Sequence record: CP147646.1
Length of the DNA stretch: 64,000 nt
Strand: one strand, 5' to 3'
Source: a plasmid
In this document: positions 11,554-23,386 of the stretch, piece after piece
How positions within the stretch are numbered: position 1 is the stretch's first letter
Layout of the letters: each line of letters starts with the position of its first letter
Position numbers and translations under genes: made by a program
The notes under the pieces: model-generated
The model's input: only the letters and a program-made list of their open reading frames with translations
What the model was told of the DNA's origin: nothing
Databases searched by the model: none

Positions 11554-14500
11554 TTATTTTCCTGTAAAATATTTTACTGCACTAGCAAACAAGGCTTGGT
11601 CTTTGTTACCAGGGATATTTTGGAAGAGGCCGTCTTCCCAGCGTTCTGAGTGCCCCATCTTACCGATGATTTGACCATTCTTGCTGGTAATCCCTTCGAT
11701 GGCATTGACAGAGCCATTTGGATTGTATTTAGAATCCATAGATGGTTGTCCGTCAAAGTCCACATATTGGCTCCAGATTTGACCATTGTCTCTTAGCTCT
11801 GCAAATTCAGAAGCGCTGACAACAAATTTACCTTCACCGTGTGAAACTGGGATGGCATGAATATCGCCGACCTCAACTCCTACCAACCAAGGTGAGTTGG
11901 TATTTGCGATACGAGTCTCCACCATCTTGGCAACGTGCTGGTTGGCATCGTTATAGAAGAGGGTTGGACTTGTCTCACCAGCTTCCTCGAAATTTCCGTA
12001 TGGAAGAAGACCTGATTTAACAAGGGCTTGGAAACCATTACAGATACCGATGATAAGGCCACCTTTTTCGATGAAGCTGTCAATAGCTGCGCGAACCTTC
12101 TTGTTAAGCAAGATATTGACGATAAACTTAGCAGACCCATCTGGTTCATCCGCTGCTGAGAATCCTCCAGCAAAGAAGATGATATTTGCCTTAGCAATAT
12201 TAGCGACCATTGTGTCAACTGAGTCAGCAATAGCAGCCTCATTCAAGGTTACAAATGGTACCAAGTTGACACTAGCTCCAACCTGTTCAAAGGCCTTAGC
12301 TGAATCATATTCTGAGTTGGTACCAGGGAAGACTGGAATGTAAACCACTGGTTTTTCAATTGTTTCCTTAGCCTTGATAACAGTATCTGATACCACAGCA
12401 GGAACTTCTTCAAGAGCGTCTGCCTGTTCAAACTCTGTTGGGTAAACCTCTTCCAATTTGCCTTCGAAGACTGATAGAAGGCTTGCCCCAGCAAGGTCAT
12501 TTCCATTGACAGTAAGTGTAAAGGCTGCCTGAGTTTGACCGATTTTCACCGAGTCAGCAATTTCCTCAGCTGATGTAAAGACAAAGCCTCCGAGTTGAGC
12601 TGTCAAGCTACTGTCAAGCTCTGCAATTTCAACAGAGGCCCCGATACGGTTACCAAAAGTCATGAGAGCAAGACTTTCTAGGACACCACCGTATTTAACA
12701 GCTGAAGCAGCAGTAATCTTATGTTGAGCTTGAATAGTCTCGAACTGGCTAAAGTTAGCCTTGATAAGGTCAAAATCAATATCTTCTGAAATAGCTTGAC
12801 CTGGAATGTAGTAGATATTCTCACCAGCCGCTTTAAACTCAGGAGAGAGAACCTTGCGGCTGTCCGCTGTTGTCACACCGAAAGCTACCAAGGTTGGCGG
12901 TACTGTCAATTCTTCGAAAGTACCAGACATAGAGTCCTTACCGCCGATTGATGGCAATCCAAGTTGAATCTGAGCCTCAATAGAACCAAGAAGAGCTGAT
13001 ACTGGCTGATCAAAACGCTCTGCCTGTTTATCCATACGCTCGAAATACTCTTGGTAAGAGAAACGTGCACGAGACCAGTCAGCACCCGTTGCTACCAAGC
13101 GAGCTGTCGCTTCAATGACAGCATAGGCAGCACCGTGGTAAGGTGACCATTCTGCAATATAAGGATTGTAACCTTGAGCCATAACAGATGCAGTTGTTGT
13201 GACACCGTGTTGAACTGGCAATTTTTGAACAGAGCTTTCTGTTGGTGTGATTTGGTAACGGCCACCGATTGGGTGGTTAACGGTTGAGCGACCAACAGAT
13301 GAGTCAAAGATAGTTTGGAGACCTTTTTGACTAGCGTGGTTGAGGTCAGACAAGACCTTAAGCGTATCCGCTTCAAGTGTCTCTGCTGATGTTGTGCGTA
13401 CCTCTGGAACTGTCAAGTCTTTGTCAACGACTTTAGCATCAACAACGACACGGACACCGTTGGTATCAAGGAAACGGCGTTCCAAGTCAACAATTGTTTC
13501 ACCATCCCAAGTCATGACAAGGTTTGGTTTTGCAGTAATAGTAGCAACCACAACGGCATCGATATTTTCCTTGTTGCAGGCTGCGATGAAGGTATCCACG
13601 TCACTAGGACGAACAACGACTGACATACGCTCTTGTGATTCTGAGATTGCAATTTCAGTACCATTAAGACCTTGGTATTTAAGCGGTACCTTGTCCAAAT
13701 CGATTTCAAGACCGTCAGCCAATTCACCGATGGCAACACAGACACCACCTGCACCGAAGTCATTTGATTTCTTGATTAGGCGAGTGACATTACCATCACG
13801 GAAAAGGCGTTGAATCTTACGTTCTTCGATGGCATTCCCTTTTTGTACCTCTGCGCCAGCTGTTTCCACAGATTCAACCGTTTGAACCTTAGATGAACCT
13901 GTCGCACCGCCGACACCGTCACGACCTGTTTTACCACCGAGCAAGATGACCACATCGCCTGCTTCTGGTTTTTCACGAACCACATTTTCCTTAGGTGCAG
14001 CACCAACCACAGCTCCAAGCTCCATGCGTTTGGCTACAAAGCCAGGGTGAAAGTACTCACGCACATAAGTTGTCGCAAGCCCAATCTGGTTACCATATGA
14101 AGAATAGCCGTGCGCCGCAGTTTTAGAAATAACCTGTTGCGGCAATTTACCAGCACGTGTTTCCGCAATCGGAGTCGTAATATCGCCTGCGCCTGAAATA
14201 CGCATAGCCTGATAAACGTATGAACGTCCTGACAACGGGTCACGAATGGCACCACCGATACAAGTTGCTGCGCCACCAAATGGCTCAATTTCTGTTGGGT
14301 GATTGTGAGTCTCATTCTTAAACATGAGGAGCCAAGGCTCTTTTACACCATCAACATCTACTTCAATTTCAACTGAGCAGGCATTGATTTCATCTGAGAC
14401 TTCCATATCATCCAGTCGTCCATTGGCACGTTCATAACGACCAAAGATAGTCGCCATATCCATAAGTGTCTGCGGCTTTTCAGAACGACCAAGTTCATCA

Positions 14501-15279
14501 CGCATGGCGATATATTTGTCATAAGTCGCCTGCAATTGTTTTTGGAATTTAGAAGCTGAAAAGTCGATGTTTTTCAACTCAGTTTCAAAGGTTGTGTGAC
14601 GGCAGTGGTCTGACCAGTAAGTATCCAAAACTTTCAACTCAGTTTCAGTTGGCACACGCCCGATTGATTTGAAATAATCTTGGATGAAGAGAATATCATC
14701 GACCTCCATAGCCAAGCCCTGCTCTGCCTTATAGGCCGCAAAATCGTCAGCCTTATAAGTTTCAAAGAAATCAAGACTAGGGATTGTCTTATCAGACACA
14801 GAGAAAGCCTGCTCTTCAAGCGGCAAGGTAATGTCCTTGAAACGTGAATCAACAGGATTCAAAAGATAGTTCTTAACGGCTTCAAGCTCTGCTTCTGCAA
14901 TATCCTTATTGACCAAGTAAAGCTGGGCTGTATTGACCTTAACCTGACTGTCACTTCCAAGCAATAGCAAAGCTTCTTGCGAACTAGCAGCACGTTGGTC
15001 AAATTGACCAGGAAGCGCCTCAATGGCAAAGAAGGCAACCTTATCAAGCTCCGCAGTGATTTCAGTTTCCGTCAAAAGACAGTCTGTCACCTGCTCAGAG
15101 AAAATATGCTTCTCAGCACGCGCCAGCAAATCCTCAGCCAAATTGAAGACATCATAGACCTGCACAATACGCAAATCCTTCAAAGAAGTCAGTTGTAGAT
15201 TATGCGTCAACTCTTTCACAAGACTAGCCGATTTAATGTCAAAGTCAGCCTTTTTCTCAACAAAAATACGTTTATTCAT
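11554..15279 (-). CDS. purL: Phosphoribosylformylglycinamidine synthase, large single-chain form
   Basis: The track ORF is 1266 aa but begins at a TTG. The conserved N-terminus MNKRIFVEKK starts at an internal ATG (track start minus 75 nt), giving about 1241 aa as expected for streptococcal FGAM synthase. C-terminal GATase domain present. Confidence 0.85.
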   Translation of the reverse strand: MNKRIFVEKKADFDIKSASLVKELTHNLQLTSLKDLRIVQVYDVFNLAEDLLARAEKHIFSEQVTDCLLTETEITAELDKVAFFAIEALPGQFDQRAASSQEALLLLGSDSQVKVNTAQLYLVNKDIAEAELEAVKNYLLNPVDSRFKDITLPLEEQAFSVSDKTIPSLDFFETYKADDFAAYKAEQGLAMEVDDILFIQDYFKSIGRVPTETELKVLDTYWSDHCRHTTFETELKNIDFSASKFQKQLQATYDKYIAMRDELGRSEKPQTLMDMATIFGRYERANGRLDDMEVSDEINACSVEIEVDVDGVKEPWLLMFKNETHNHPTEIEPFGGAATCIGGAIRDPLSGRSYVYQAMRISGAGDITTPIAETRAGKLPQQVISKTAAHGYSSYGNQIGLATTYVREYFHPGFVAKRMELGAVVGAAPKENVVREKPEAGDVVILLGGKTGRDGVGGATGSSKVQTVESVETAGAEVQKGNAIEERKIQRLFRDGNVTRLIKKSNDFGAGGVCVAIGELADGLEIDLDKVPLKYQGLNGTEIAISESQERMSVVVRPSDVDTFIAACNKENIDAVVVATITAKPNLVMTWDGETIVDLERRFLDTNGVRVVVDAKVVDKDLTVPEVRTTSAETLEADTLKVLSDLNHASQKGLQTIFDSSVGRSTVNHPIGGRYQITPTESSVQKLPVQHGVTTTASVMAQGYNPYIAEWSPYHGAAYAVIEATARLVATGADWSRARFSYQEYFERMDKQAERFDQPVSALLGSIEAQIQLGLPSIGGKDSMSGTFEELTVPPTLVAFGVTTADSRKVLSPEFKAAGENIYYIPGQAISEDIDFDLIKANFSQFETIQAQHKITAASAVKYGGVLESLALMTFGNRIGASVEIAELDSSLTAQLGGFVFTSAEEIADSVKIGQTQAAFTLTVNGNDLAGASLLSVFEGKLEEVYPTEFEQADALEEVPAVVSDTVIKAKETIEKPVVYIPVFPGTNSEYDSAKAFEQVGASVNLVPFVTLNEAAIADSVDTMVANIAKANIIFFAGGFSAADEPDGSAKFIVNILLNKKVRAAIDSFIEKGGLIIGICNGFQALVKSGLLPYGNFEEAGETSPTLFYNDANQHVAKMVETRIANTNSPWLVGVEVGDIHAIPVSHGEGKFVVSASEFAELRDNGQIWSQYVDFDGQPSMDSKYNPNGSVNAIEGITSKNGQIIGKMGHSERWEDGLFQNIPGNKDQALFASAVKYFTGK

Positions 15280-15401
15280 ATAAGATACCAAGTCCGACAA
15301 GGGAGCGACTGAAAAATAGGAGGATATCTGAAATTGAGATTTCAGTAAGCCCAATCTTTTTTCTGAGTTTCCCGAACGGATTCAATTCCTTCCTCTTCTA
15401 A

Positions 15402-16106
15402 TTACAATGCTATCAACTTCTCAAGTACAACTTGATAGACATCGGTCAAGCTACCAAGATCTCTACGAAAAACATCCTTGTCCATATGATTTCCTTCAGC
15501 ATCCCATAGACGGCAGTTGTCAGGTGAGAACTCATCAGCCAAGATGATTTTGCCATCCTTGTCAAATCCGAACTCCAACTTGAAGTCAATCAAGTTAAGC
15601 CCAATCTGAGCAAACCAATCTTTCAAGAGTTCATTAATACGGCGAGTCTCTCCTTTCAGATAAGCAATTTCTTCATCATTAACAATACCCAAAAACTTCA
15701 TATGCTCATCATTGATAAAAGGATCATTCAGATCATCATTTTTGTAGTAAAATTCCACAATTGGAGTTTCAAGAACGCGTCCTTCTTCCACTCCAAAACG
15801 TTTTGAAAATGAGCCTGCTGTCACATTCCGTAATACCACCTCAAGTGGAATAATATCAACTTTTTTATTCAATTGTTCGTTTTTTGAAATTTGCTCAATA
15901 TAATGTGTCACCACACCAGCCATATTTAATTTCTCAAAAATAAGAGATGAAATCTGATTATTTAGTGCTCCCTTGCCATCAATAGTCTCCTTACGAGCTC
16001 CATTCAACATAGTAGCTTGGTCTTTATAGACCGTTCTAATCACATTTTCATCTTTTGTACTATAAATATCTTTCGCTTTTCCTTTATAAATAAGCTGGTT
16101 AGTCAC
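15402..16106 (-). CDS. purC: SAICAR synthetase
   Basis: 234-aa [18 protein letters not shown]... The start codon is GTG (the sequence reads caaGTGACTAAC). Confidence 0.9.
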   Translation of the reverse strand: MTNQLIYKGKAKDIYSTKDENVIRTVYKDQATMLNGARKETIDGKGALNNQISSLIFEKLNMAGVVTHYIEQISKNEQLNKKVDIIPLEVVLRNVTAGSFSKRFGVEEGRVLETPIVEFYYKNDDLNDPFINDEHMKFLGIVNDEEIAYLKGETRRINELLKDWFAQIGLNLIDFKLEFGFDKDGKIILADEFSPDNCRLWDAEGNHMDKDVFRRDLGSLTDVYQVVLEKLIAL

Positions 16107-16200
16107 TTGATTATTCGCCTTTCTCTTATTTTAAGAGTTATTCTAACACACAACATTATCTAATACAACAAAAACTTTATTTAAAATCAAAAAAAAGAAG

Positions 16201-16215
16201 AAACGTTCGTATTTT
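16201..16215 (-). promoter_or_regulatory. Candidate PurBox (PurR operator half-site) upstream of purC
   Basis: The minus strand reads AAATACGAACGTT, matching the Gram-positive PurBox AWWWCCGAACWWT at 11/13 positions, about 100 bp upstream of the purC start. Confidence 0.3.
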
Positions 16216-16229
16216 CTTCCTTTTTATTA

Positions 16230-16469
16230 TTACTTATGTTCAATGATATAATCTAATAGTTGTTGGACGCTTGACATGTGTTCGACAGCCTCATCTGGAA
16301 TCTCTAGATGAAACACATCTTCCAAATTGATAATAAACTCTGTTAAAGCGATAGAGTCAATTGCTAAATCATCATGTAACGATGACTCTGGTGTGATATC
16401 TAACTGTGGGTCACCAAGTTGCTGCCTTAATAATTCCAGCATCTTTTCAAAAACTTCATCTCTTGACAT
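16230..16469 (-). CDS. acpP: Acyl carrier protein homologue co-transcribed with plsX
   Basis: 79 aa starting at the internal ATG (MSRDEVFEKM...) with a GGAG RBS. DSIA motif for phosphopantetheine attachment. The track ORF has an upstream extension. Confidence 0.7.
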   Translation of the reverse strand: MSRDEVFEKMLELLRQQLGDPQLDITPESSLHDDLAIDSIALTEFIINLEDVFHLEIPDEAVEHMSSVQQLLDYIIEHK

Positions 16470-16479
16470 GAGTTCACTC

Positions 16480-17472
16480 CTATTCATCTGTAAAGGCATC
16501 AACTAATTGATCAACTACTTGAGTTTCCAACATTGTACGAACTTGCTTCAAAGTAGAATAAACAGCTTTAGAATCACTTGATCCATGGCATTTTACTATT
16601 GGAGCTTTTAAACCAAAAAGAACCGCACCTCCCGCGCTTGAATAGTCCATACTATCTTTTAGCTGATACAGGCTATCTTTTAATAGAAGTGCTCCTAATT
16701 TAGCTTTCACGCCACCTGATTTAATTGAAGATTTTAGACTTCCCATAATATTCATAGCTGTACCTTCCATTGTCTTTAGAACAGCATTTCCAGTAAAACC
16801 ATCAGTGACAACAATATCTGCTACACTAGACATCAAATCACGTGCTTCAATATTTCCAATAAAATTAATAGAAGGCTCTGCTGCTAACAGTTCATAGGCT
16901 TCTTTATGAAGAGAATCGCCTTTTGTTTCTTCCGTTCCGTTATTTAAGAGACCTACACGAGGAACTTCAATACCACGGACATTTTTTGCATAAAACGACC
17001 CTAAAATAGCATATTGATGAAGATGAGAAGCTGTGTTTTCTGCATTAGCTCCTAAATCAAGCATATCAAAACCCACACCATCTAACGTAGGCATAGTTGA
17101 CATTAAGCCTGGTCGATCAACACCTTTTATACGTCCTACTACAAACAAACCAGCAGCTAATAAAGCTCCTGTATTCCCTGCAGAAATAAAGGCCTGTGCA
17201 ACACCATCTTTGACTGCCTTAGCTCCTAAGACCATCGAAGACTGTTTTTTACGACGAACAGCTTTAGCAGGCTCATCATCAGAATTAATTTTTTCTTCAG
17301 TATGAATAATACTAACTCGCTCCGTTACTGTTAAATATTTCTCAATTTTTTTCTGATCGCCATAGAGTTGTACTTCAATATCACTAAAATCTGAAATAGC
17401 TTGATTAACACCCTCTACAATAGCTTTGGGAGCGTAATCTCCACCCATAGCATCTACAGCAATTTTCTTCAT
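16480..17472 (-). CDS. plsX: Phosphate acyltransferase PlsX
   Basis: Conserved start [12 protein letters not shown] preceded by a GAGGAG RBS. The track ORF has 5 extra N-terminal residues. Confidence 0.9.
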   Translation of the reverse strand: MKKIAVDAMGGDYAPKAIVEGVNQAISDFSDIEVQLYGDQKKIEKYLTVTERVSIIHTEEKINSDDEPAKAVRRKKQSSMVLGAKAVKDGVAQAFISAGNTGALLAAGLFVVGRIKGVDRPGLMSTMPTLDGVGFDMLDLGANAENTASHLHQYAILGSFYAKNVRGIEVPRVGLLNNGTEETKGDSLHKEAYELLAAEPSINFIGNIEARDLMSSVADIVVTDGFTGNAVLKTMEGTAMNIMGSLKSSIKSGGVKAKLGALLLKDSLYQLKDSMDYSSAGGAVLFGLKAPIVKCHGSSDSKAVYSTLKQVRTMLETQVVDQLVDAFTDE

Positions 17473-17549
17473 GAATGAACTCCTCATAAAAACTTAGTGG
17501 CTATATTATAGCATGTTTCTTTATTTTTTTCACAAGAAGGCAATAATAG

Positions 17550-18428
17550 CTAATATCTAACAGATACTTTCACTCTTTCCAAAGAAAAGTATGCTAAACA
17601 ACCTACTAATATCAAAGAACATAGTACTCCCCCTTCAAAACCAAAATCCCCACCACTCCAAATAGCAAAGCTAGAATTTTCAGTAATTCTAAAAAGAGAA
17701 ACAGGAGAATACCCCCCACTAACCTTATTACCTAATACACATCCCATAGTAAAATTCCATGCAGTATGAACTCCTGTAACAAAAAGAATATTTTTGGTCA
17801 TATTAAAAAGAATAGAAAAAATAATACCAAGTAAAAATAAATTAAAAAGTGCTATTGCTGTGATACCATAGTTTCTAAAGTGGATAAAGGAAAACAACAT
17901 AGAATTGCATAAAACACCTGCAAAACTACCTTTAAATTTGGTAACTGTTGTCATAACATATCCTCTAAATAAAATTTCCTCTGTCAAGCTTTGGATAAAG
18001 TATGCAAGTAATAAAAAGAAAAAAGGTCCAAAAGAAAAGGAATTGCTGGAAGAAATTTCCACAAAACCTGATAACCAGTGGCAAATATAAATAAAAAACA
18101 TCAGTAAACTACCAGTAATAAATCCTGAGATCGTTGTTAAAACATTATTATCTTTAGTAAATCCCAAGGAAGTAAAATCCCTTTTTTGAAAATAGATTAA
18201 AAATAGTAAAATACTTGCCAAAATAGGAATAAATAGTAAAAGCGCAATGTATAAATTGAATTTATAATCATCAGGTAGCAATTTTACTACAAGGCGTCTA
18301 CTTACAATGATGCCGATAACTTGAATTAGAACTGCACCAATAACTGGCACAAACCAGTTAGCAAAAAAGAGTTTATTGGTAATGTATAATGTTTTTTTCA
18401 TCTCAAATATCCTAAAAATTAATTCCAT
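17550..18428 (-). CDS. CPBP-family intramembrane metalloprotease (CAAX protease / Abi-like)
   Basis: 292-aa polytopic membrane protein with EExxxR...FxxxH...HxxxN motifs (EEILFRGY, FIHFRN, HTAWNF). Start uncertain, M1 or M10. Confidence 0.65.
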   Translation of the reverse strand: MELIFRIFEMKKTLYITNKLFFANWFVPVIGAVLIQVIGIIVSRRLVVKLLPDDYKFNLYIALLLFIPILASILLFLIYFQKRDFTSLGFTKDNNVLTTISGFITGSLLMFFIYICHWLSGFVEISSSNSFSFGPFFFLLLAYFIQSLTEEILFRGYVMTTVTKFKGSFAGVLCNSMLFSFIHFRNYGITAIALFNLFLLGIIFSILFNMTKNILFVTGVHTAWNFTMGCVLGNKVSGGYSPVSLFRITENSSFAIWSGGDFGFEGGVLCSLILVGCLAYFSLERVKVSVRY

Positions 18429-18490
18429 ATTAGTTTATCCTAATATTAAAAAAAAGAACATGACACTAATGTCATGTTCCTCTTTACAAC

Positions 18491-19252
18491 TTAATCTGAT
18501 TTCATAATACTTCCCCAACTAGACAAATCATCAATAAATTTTTTACTTTTAAGATGAATCCCTACATATTCATCGTAAATCATGTCCAAAAATTGACGAA
18601 TTTTAAGTTTCATCTCAGGTTTCACAGAAATTGTTTGTAAATCATCAAATTGAATTGACTGAAAACGATTGATTAAGTACAGCATATTAGGATCTAGGTG
18701 GTTTCTTCTCTCGTCTTTATAATAATGGTTTGGACATAATAATCCAGAATATTTGTGTGAAAAATCAAAAGGTAATCCTGCCCTATGACAAAAAACACAA
18801 TCATAAAAATTTAAAGCAACACCGAACCTCTCTAGTAGTTGTACTTCAAAAATATTCGTTAGAATCTCATAATCTAAACCGTCCTCAATCAATTCTAACG
18901 TTTTCTTTAGGAAAATAAATAATTGAGCATCCGCTACATTATCACTAATAGCCACATCAGCCAAAGAAGTAATATAACTCGCATATGACAACTTAAACAA
19001 GTCTGAATTGGTTTCTTGAAATGCTAAAACTTCTTTATAATCATCAATATAAGAAAGACCATTATCATTAATTTTTAAAATAAAATGAGCAATAGTCAAA
19101 GGTTGGAGCACAGCATTGAATTTTGACTTTGAAGCATGCTTTACAAAAAACATTCTTTTCCCCTCAGTCTCCGTAAAGATTTTAACTAATTTATCGTCTT
19201 CACGATAATTACGATTATACAAAACGAGACCGTATGTTTGACTAACCCTCAT
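18491..19252 (-). CDS. recO: DNA repair protein RecO
   Basis: 253-aa ORF with an OB-fold N-terminus and a Cys-rich zinc motif (CVFCH...CPNH). Confidence 0.85.
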   Translation of the reverse strand: MRVSQTYGLVLYNRNYREDDKLVKIFTETEGKRMFFVKHASKSKFNAVLQPLTIAHFILKINDNGLSYIDDYKEVLAFQETNSDLFKLSYASYITSLADVAISDNVADAQLFIFLKKTLELIEDGLDYEILTNIFEVQLLERFGVALNFYDCVFCHRAGLPFDFSHKYSGLLCPNHYYKDERRNHLDPNMLYLINRFQSIQFDDLQTISVKPEMKLKIRQFLDMIYDEYVGIHLKSKKFIDDLSSWGSIMKSD

Positions 19253-20417
19253 ATGATTCCATAAAAACTTTCAATCTAGCCATTGCTGTTTCAATAACTT
19301 CCATACTAGCAGCATAAGAAAGACGTATATACCCTTCACCATATTTACCAAAAGCCACCCCTGGAATAATAGCTACAGCTTGTTGATAAGCAAAATCCTG
19401 ACAAAACTTGAAAGAATCCTGTGGATAACTATCAGGTATTTTAGCAAAGATATAAAAAGCGCCGCTCGGTTTAATTATTTTGAAACCAAGTTTAGACATT
19501 TTATCAATGATATAATCTCTACGTTTAATATATCCTTGACGCATAGGTAACGTATCATTTTTACCCACAGATAAGGCTTCTACCCCAGCAAATTGCGAAA
19601 TAGTACTAGCAGCTGTCACCATGTATTGATGACTTTTAATGATTTGAGCAGTAGATGCTTCAGGAGCATACACCAATCCAACTCTCCAACCAGTCATAGC
19701 ATGTGATTTTGATAAGCCATTAATTAAGATAGTTTGGTTAGGTAAATATTCTGCAATTGAAACATGTTGCTGACCAGTGTAAGTTAACTCAGAGTAAACT
19801 TCATCACTAATAACAAAAATATCATATTTTTTAAGGACTTCAGCTAATGCAGCAATTTCTTGCCTTGAATAGGTAATACCTGTAGGATTAGTAGGATAAT
19901 TAAGTAAAACAGCCTTTAATTTTTCACCTTGTTGGATAATAGCCGTTTCTAACATTTCAGGGGTTAGTCTAAAGTCATTTTCTCTAGTATCAATTTCTAC
20001 GATATCAGCTCCTACAAGGTTAACTATTGGCTCATAGCCTGGATAAGCGGGGGCAGGTAATAGAACAACATCACCAGCTTCTAAAATAGCTATAAGAGAT
20101 GCAGACAGAGCTTCTGTGGCACCTATCGTAACCAAGATCTCACTATCAGGGTTATAAGTAAGATTATATTTATCCTTTGCAAAATCTGCAGCAGCTTGCC
20201 TTAGAGCTAATAAACCGCTCATACCAGTATAATACGATTGATTCGCATCAATAGCTGATTTAGCTGCTTCTTTAACATGATCAGGAGTGGTAAAATCTGG
20301 TTCTCCAAGAGTTAATTTTACCATTCCAGGTATATCTGAAATAGATTGATCAAACTGACGAATTAAGGAGACCTCTATTCTATCTAAGTACTTATTAAAT
20401 CGTTTCTCTAATGTCAT
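19242..20417 (-). CDS. PLP-dependent class I/II aminotransferase (aspartate/aromatic type)
   Basis: Core begins [11 protein letters not shown] at an ATG with an AGGAGG RBS. The [10 protein letters not shown] motif holds the PLP lysine. The track ORF carries a spurious 37-aa extension. Confidence 0.8.
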   Translation of the reverse strand: MTLEKRFNKYLDRIEVSLIRQFDQSISDIPGMVKLTLGEPDFTTPDHVKEAAKSAIDANQSYYTGMSGLLALRQAAADFAKDKYNLTYNPDSEILVTIGATEALSASLIAILEAGDVVLLPAPAYPGYEPIVNLVGADIVEIDTRENDFRLTPEMLETAIIQQGEKLKAVLLNYPTNPTGITYSRQEIAALAEVLKKYDIFVISDEVYSELTYTGQQHVSIAEYLPNQTILINGLSKSHAMTGWRVGLVYAPEASTAQIIKSHQYMVTAASTISQFAGVEALSVGKNDTLPMRQGYIKRRDYIIDKMSKLGFKIIKPSGAFYIFAKIPDSYPQDSFKFCQDFAYQQAVAIIPGVAFGKYGEGYIRLSYAASMEVIETAMARLKVFMESYEG

Positions 20418-20524
20418 CATAACCTCCTGATAAGAAATAATATATTTAATTATACAAGAAAAATAATTTGTGTCCAGTTTTCCGTCATTAAATGATAAAA
20501 AACCTGTTAATAACAGGTTTTTTA

Positions 20525-21493
20525 TCATTTTAGTTTATTCATTTCAAATAATGGTGATAAAGGACGTTTCTCGTGAATACGGATAATAGCTTCACCAATC
20601 AATTCCGCAATTGAAATTTGTTCAATCTTATCAATCAAACGTTCTTCAGGGAGGTAAATCGTATCTAACACAATTAATTTTTCAATAGCTGAATTTTGAA
20701 TATTATCCAAAGCCGGCCCTGATAAAACAGGGTGAGTACATGAAGCATAAACAGCTGTTGCCCCTGCTTCAGCTAAAGCGTCTGCAGCATGGCAAATAGT
20801 ACCTGCAGTATCAATCATATCATCAATTAAAATACATTTTTTACCTTTGATATTACCAATAATATTCATTACTTCAGATGTATTCATTTTAGTAACACTA
20901 CGGCGCTTATCAATGATAGCAATCGGTGTCTTTAAACACTGTGCCAGCTTACGTGCACGTGTTACGCCACCATGATCAGGACTAACGACAACAACATCAT
21001 CACCAACTAATCCCTGACGATCAAAGTAATCTGCAATAAGGGGAGCCCCCATAAGGTGATCAACGGGAATATCAAAGAATCCCTGAATTTGAGCTGCATG
21101 TAAATCAACTGTTAAAAGACGATCAACACCAGCAACTTCTAGCATGTTCGCAACGAGTTTCGAAGTAATAGGTTCACGAGAACGTGCCTTGCGATCTTGA
21201 CGAGCATACCCATAGTAAGGCATTACCACACTAACAGACTCCGCACTAGCACGCTTTAAAGCATCAACCATAATTAAAATTTCCATCAAATTATCATTAA
21301 CTGGTGAGCTTGTTGATTGTAAAATAAAAACATGATGGCCACGAATAGACTCTTCAATATTAACTTGAATCTCACCATCAGAAAATTGGCGAACTGTCGA
21401 TTGACCTAGCGGAATTCCAATCGTCTGAGACACTTTTTTCGCTAGTTCTTTGTTTGATGACAGTGCAAACAATTTTAAATTAGAATAAGACAT
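20525..21493 (-). CDS. prs: Ribose-phosphate pyrophosphokinase
   Basis: Start [11 protein letters not shown] with a GGAGG RBS and the PRPP-binding loop (DDMIDTAGT). Confidence 0.9.
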
Positions 21494-21573
21494 GATTTCC
21501 TCCAAAACTTTAGTCCTATACCATTTTAACGCTTTTTACACAATTTTTCAATCCAAAATAAACCATACCTAAT

Positions 21574-21608
21574 TAATAAACAAAAAGGAGACCACGAAAG
21601 ATCTCCTT
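21574..21608 (-). terminator. Rho-independent terminator after pcsB
   Basis: AAGGAGA / TCTCCTT 7-bp stem with a 10-nt loop, followed by TTTTGTTTATT on the minus strand. Confidence 0.55.
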
Positions 21609-21616
21609 AGTATTCA

Positions 21617-22942
21617 TTAATTTGGGTAAATATAGTAAACAGAGCCAGAAGCACTAGGGTTAAATGAACCACGGTAATTGCCAATGCTCATATTTCCAGC
21701 ATAGTTTGATTCCATAACTTGGATAGATGAATTGTTAGCCACTGACGTTACTACTGCAACGTGCCCGTAACCACCACCATCATATGGCCAAACAGCTACT
21801 GCACCAACACGAGGGGTAGTTCCTACAGAATAACCAGCTGCACGTGCACTAGCACCCCACTGATTAGCATTTCCCCAATAGTTACCAACCCAAGAAGCCA
21901 TTGACTTAGCTCCCCAAGTACATTGTCCCATTGGGTATGTGTTACTTGAATCATAACTTCTGACAACAGGTTTTGATACCGCTCTAGGTGTTGAAGAAAC
22001 AACTGCTTTAGGTGCTTCAACTGCTTTAGTTACTACAGAAGGTTGAGTAACTTTTGGCTCATTAGTAGCTGTAGCTGTAGTTTTAGCAACAGTAGTTGCC
22101 GAAGAAGTAGCCGTAAGATTAGAAGGCTTTATTTCAGTTCTCGGTTGTGTTTGAACTGTTTCAGTAGGAGCTGTGGCAGACTCAACTTGTGCTGCTGCCT
22201 GTGCTTTTGCTACAGACTCAGCTTGTGCTTTCGCTTCAGCTACTGCTTGTGCTTCAGCTGCCTTACGCGCAGCTTCCTCAGCTTGTGCTTTTGCCTGAAT
22301 TAAAGATGCTTTTTCATTTTGGACTGTAGTCAATTGAGCAGATAACTCTAATTGAGCTGCTTCTAATTGTGCTCTTTGTGTTGCTAAGGCTGCTTTATTA
22401 TTTTCGATAGCTTGCTTGTTAGCTGCTACAGTATTTATAGCATTTTGATTTTCAATTTGTTTAGCTTCTAAGGCTGCTTTGTCAGCCTCTTGTTGTGCTA
22501 ACATCTTTTCATTAGCTGAAACAACCTCACGAATAGCAACAACACGATTAACAGCATCAGATACTGATTTCGAATTTAAAATAGTATTAATATAGTTAGT
22601 CAAGTTACCCTTTTGAGCACTACGAACTTGCTTTTTCAAAGATTCGTTACGTGCAACAATTTTATTAGAAAGAGTTTGAATCTCTTGACCTAACTGCTGA
22701 GATACTGCCTCAAGTTGAGCATTTTGCGCTTCTAATTCTGATTGTTGAGACTCTAAAGCACCAACTTGTCCTTTAATAGCAGTCACCTGGTTTTGTGCTG
22801 CTGCTTGTTGCCCTGATAAAGTATTGATTACTGAATCAGTAGCAGCAATTTTCGAGTCAAAGTCATCAGCGTTTACTGTTACGGCAGCAGTTCCAAGAGT
22901 TACTCCACTCACAAGGACTGCTGATAATATTCTTTTTTTCAT
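21617..22942 (-). CDS. pcsB: Secreted coiled-coil + CHAP peptidoglycan hydrolase PcsB (cell-separation protein)
   Basis: 441-aa ORF with signal peptide, a long Ala/Gln/Glu-rich coiled-coil region and a C-terminal CHAP domain (CTWGA...H...). Confidence 0.85.
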   Translation of the reverse strand: MKKRILSAVLVSGVTLGTAAVTVNADDFDSKIAATDSVINTLSGQQAAAQNQVTAIKGQVGALESQQSELEAQNAQLEAVSQQLGQEIQTLSNKIVARNESLKKQVRSAQKGNLTNYINTILNSKSVSDAVNRVVAIREVVSANEKMLAQQEADKAALEAKQIENQNAINTVAANKQAIENNKAALATQRAQLEAAQLELSAQLTTVQNEKASLIQAKAQAEEAARKAAEAQAVAEAKAQAESVAKAQAAAQVESATAPTETVQTQPRTEIKPSNLTATSSATTVAKTTATATNEPKVTQPSVVTKAVEAPKAVVSSTPRAVSKPVVRSYDSSNTYPMGQCTWGAKSMASWVGNYWGNANQWGASARAAGYSVGTTPRVGAVAVWPYDGGGYGHVAVVTSVANNSSIQVMESNYAGNMSIGNYRGSFNPSASGSVYYIYPN

Positions 22943-23136
22943 TTTTATTAAACTACTCCTTTACGATAAGACATTAAATATTTTACCAAAAAATTCACGA
23001 AATTATATTACGTCATTGTTACATTTATATTTGAAATCAACTATTTCTAAATGAACCATAATCAAATCTAGAAAACGATAACCTTCTTCTATTCACTCTA
23101 TCAATATAATTACTCCATAGTGAAACTAAAAGAGAA

Positions 23137-23161
23137 ATAAAAAAAGAGTATAATTACTCTT
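23137..23161 (-). terminator. Rho-independent terminator at the end of the tRNA operon
   Basis: AAGAGTA-TAAT-TACTCTT hairpin followed by a T-run on the minus strand, about 15 nt after tRNA-Ser(GCT). Confidence 0.55.
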
Positions 23162-23177
23162 AAAATTATAATATTTA

Positions 23178-23265
23178 CGGAGAATAAGGGATTCGAACCC
23201 TTGCGCCAGTTACCCGACCTAACGATTTAGCAAACCGTCCTCTTCAGCCTCTTGAGTAATTCTCC
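23178..23265 (-). tRNA. tRNA-Ser(GCT)
   Basis: Hand-folded cloverleaf: acceptor GGAGAAT, long variable arm, anticodon loop TTGCTAA. No encoded CCA. Confidence 0.75.
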
Positions 23266-23278
23266 AAATTAATATTAA

Positions 23279-23352
<74 letters not shown>

Positions 23353-23386
23353 AAGCAAATGCTTGGTTTTACTTTTATGTAAAGTA

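Noticed and set aside
11574-15198. Numerous 60-160-aa ORFs in other frames within purL
   Set aside because: All nested in or antisense to purL. Arg/Leu/Ser-rich mirror-frame products.
22043-22303. 86-aa Cys/Ser/Arg-rich plus-strand ORF
   Set aside because: Exact antisense of the repetitive Ala/Gln/Glu coiled-coil region of pcsB. Composition is an artefact of the GCT/GCA-rich repeat.
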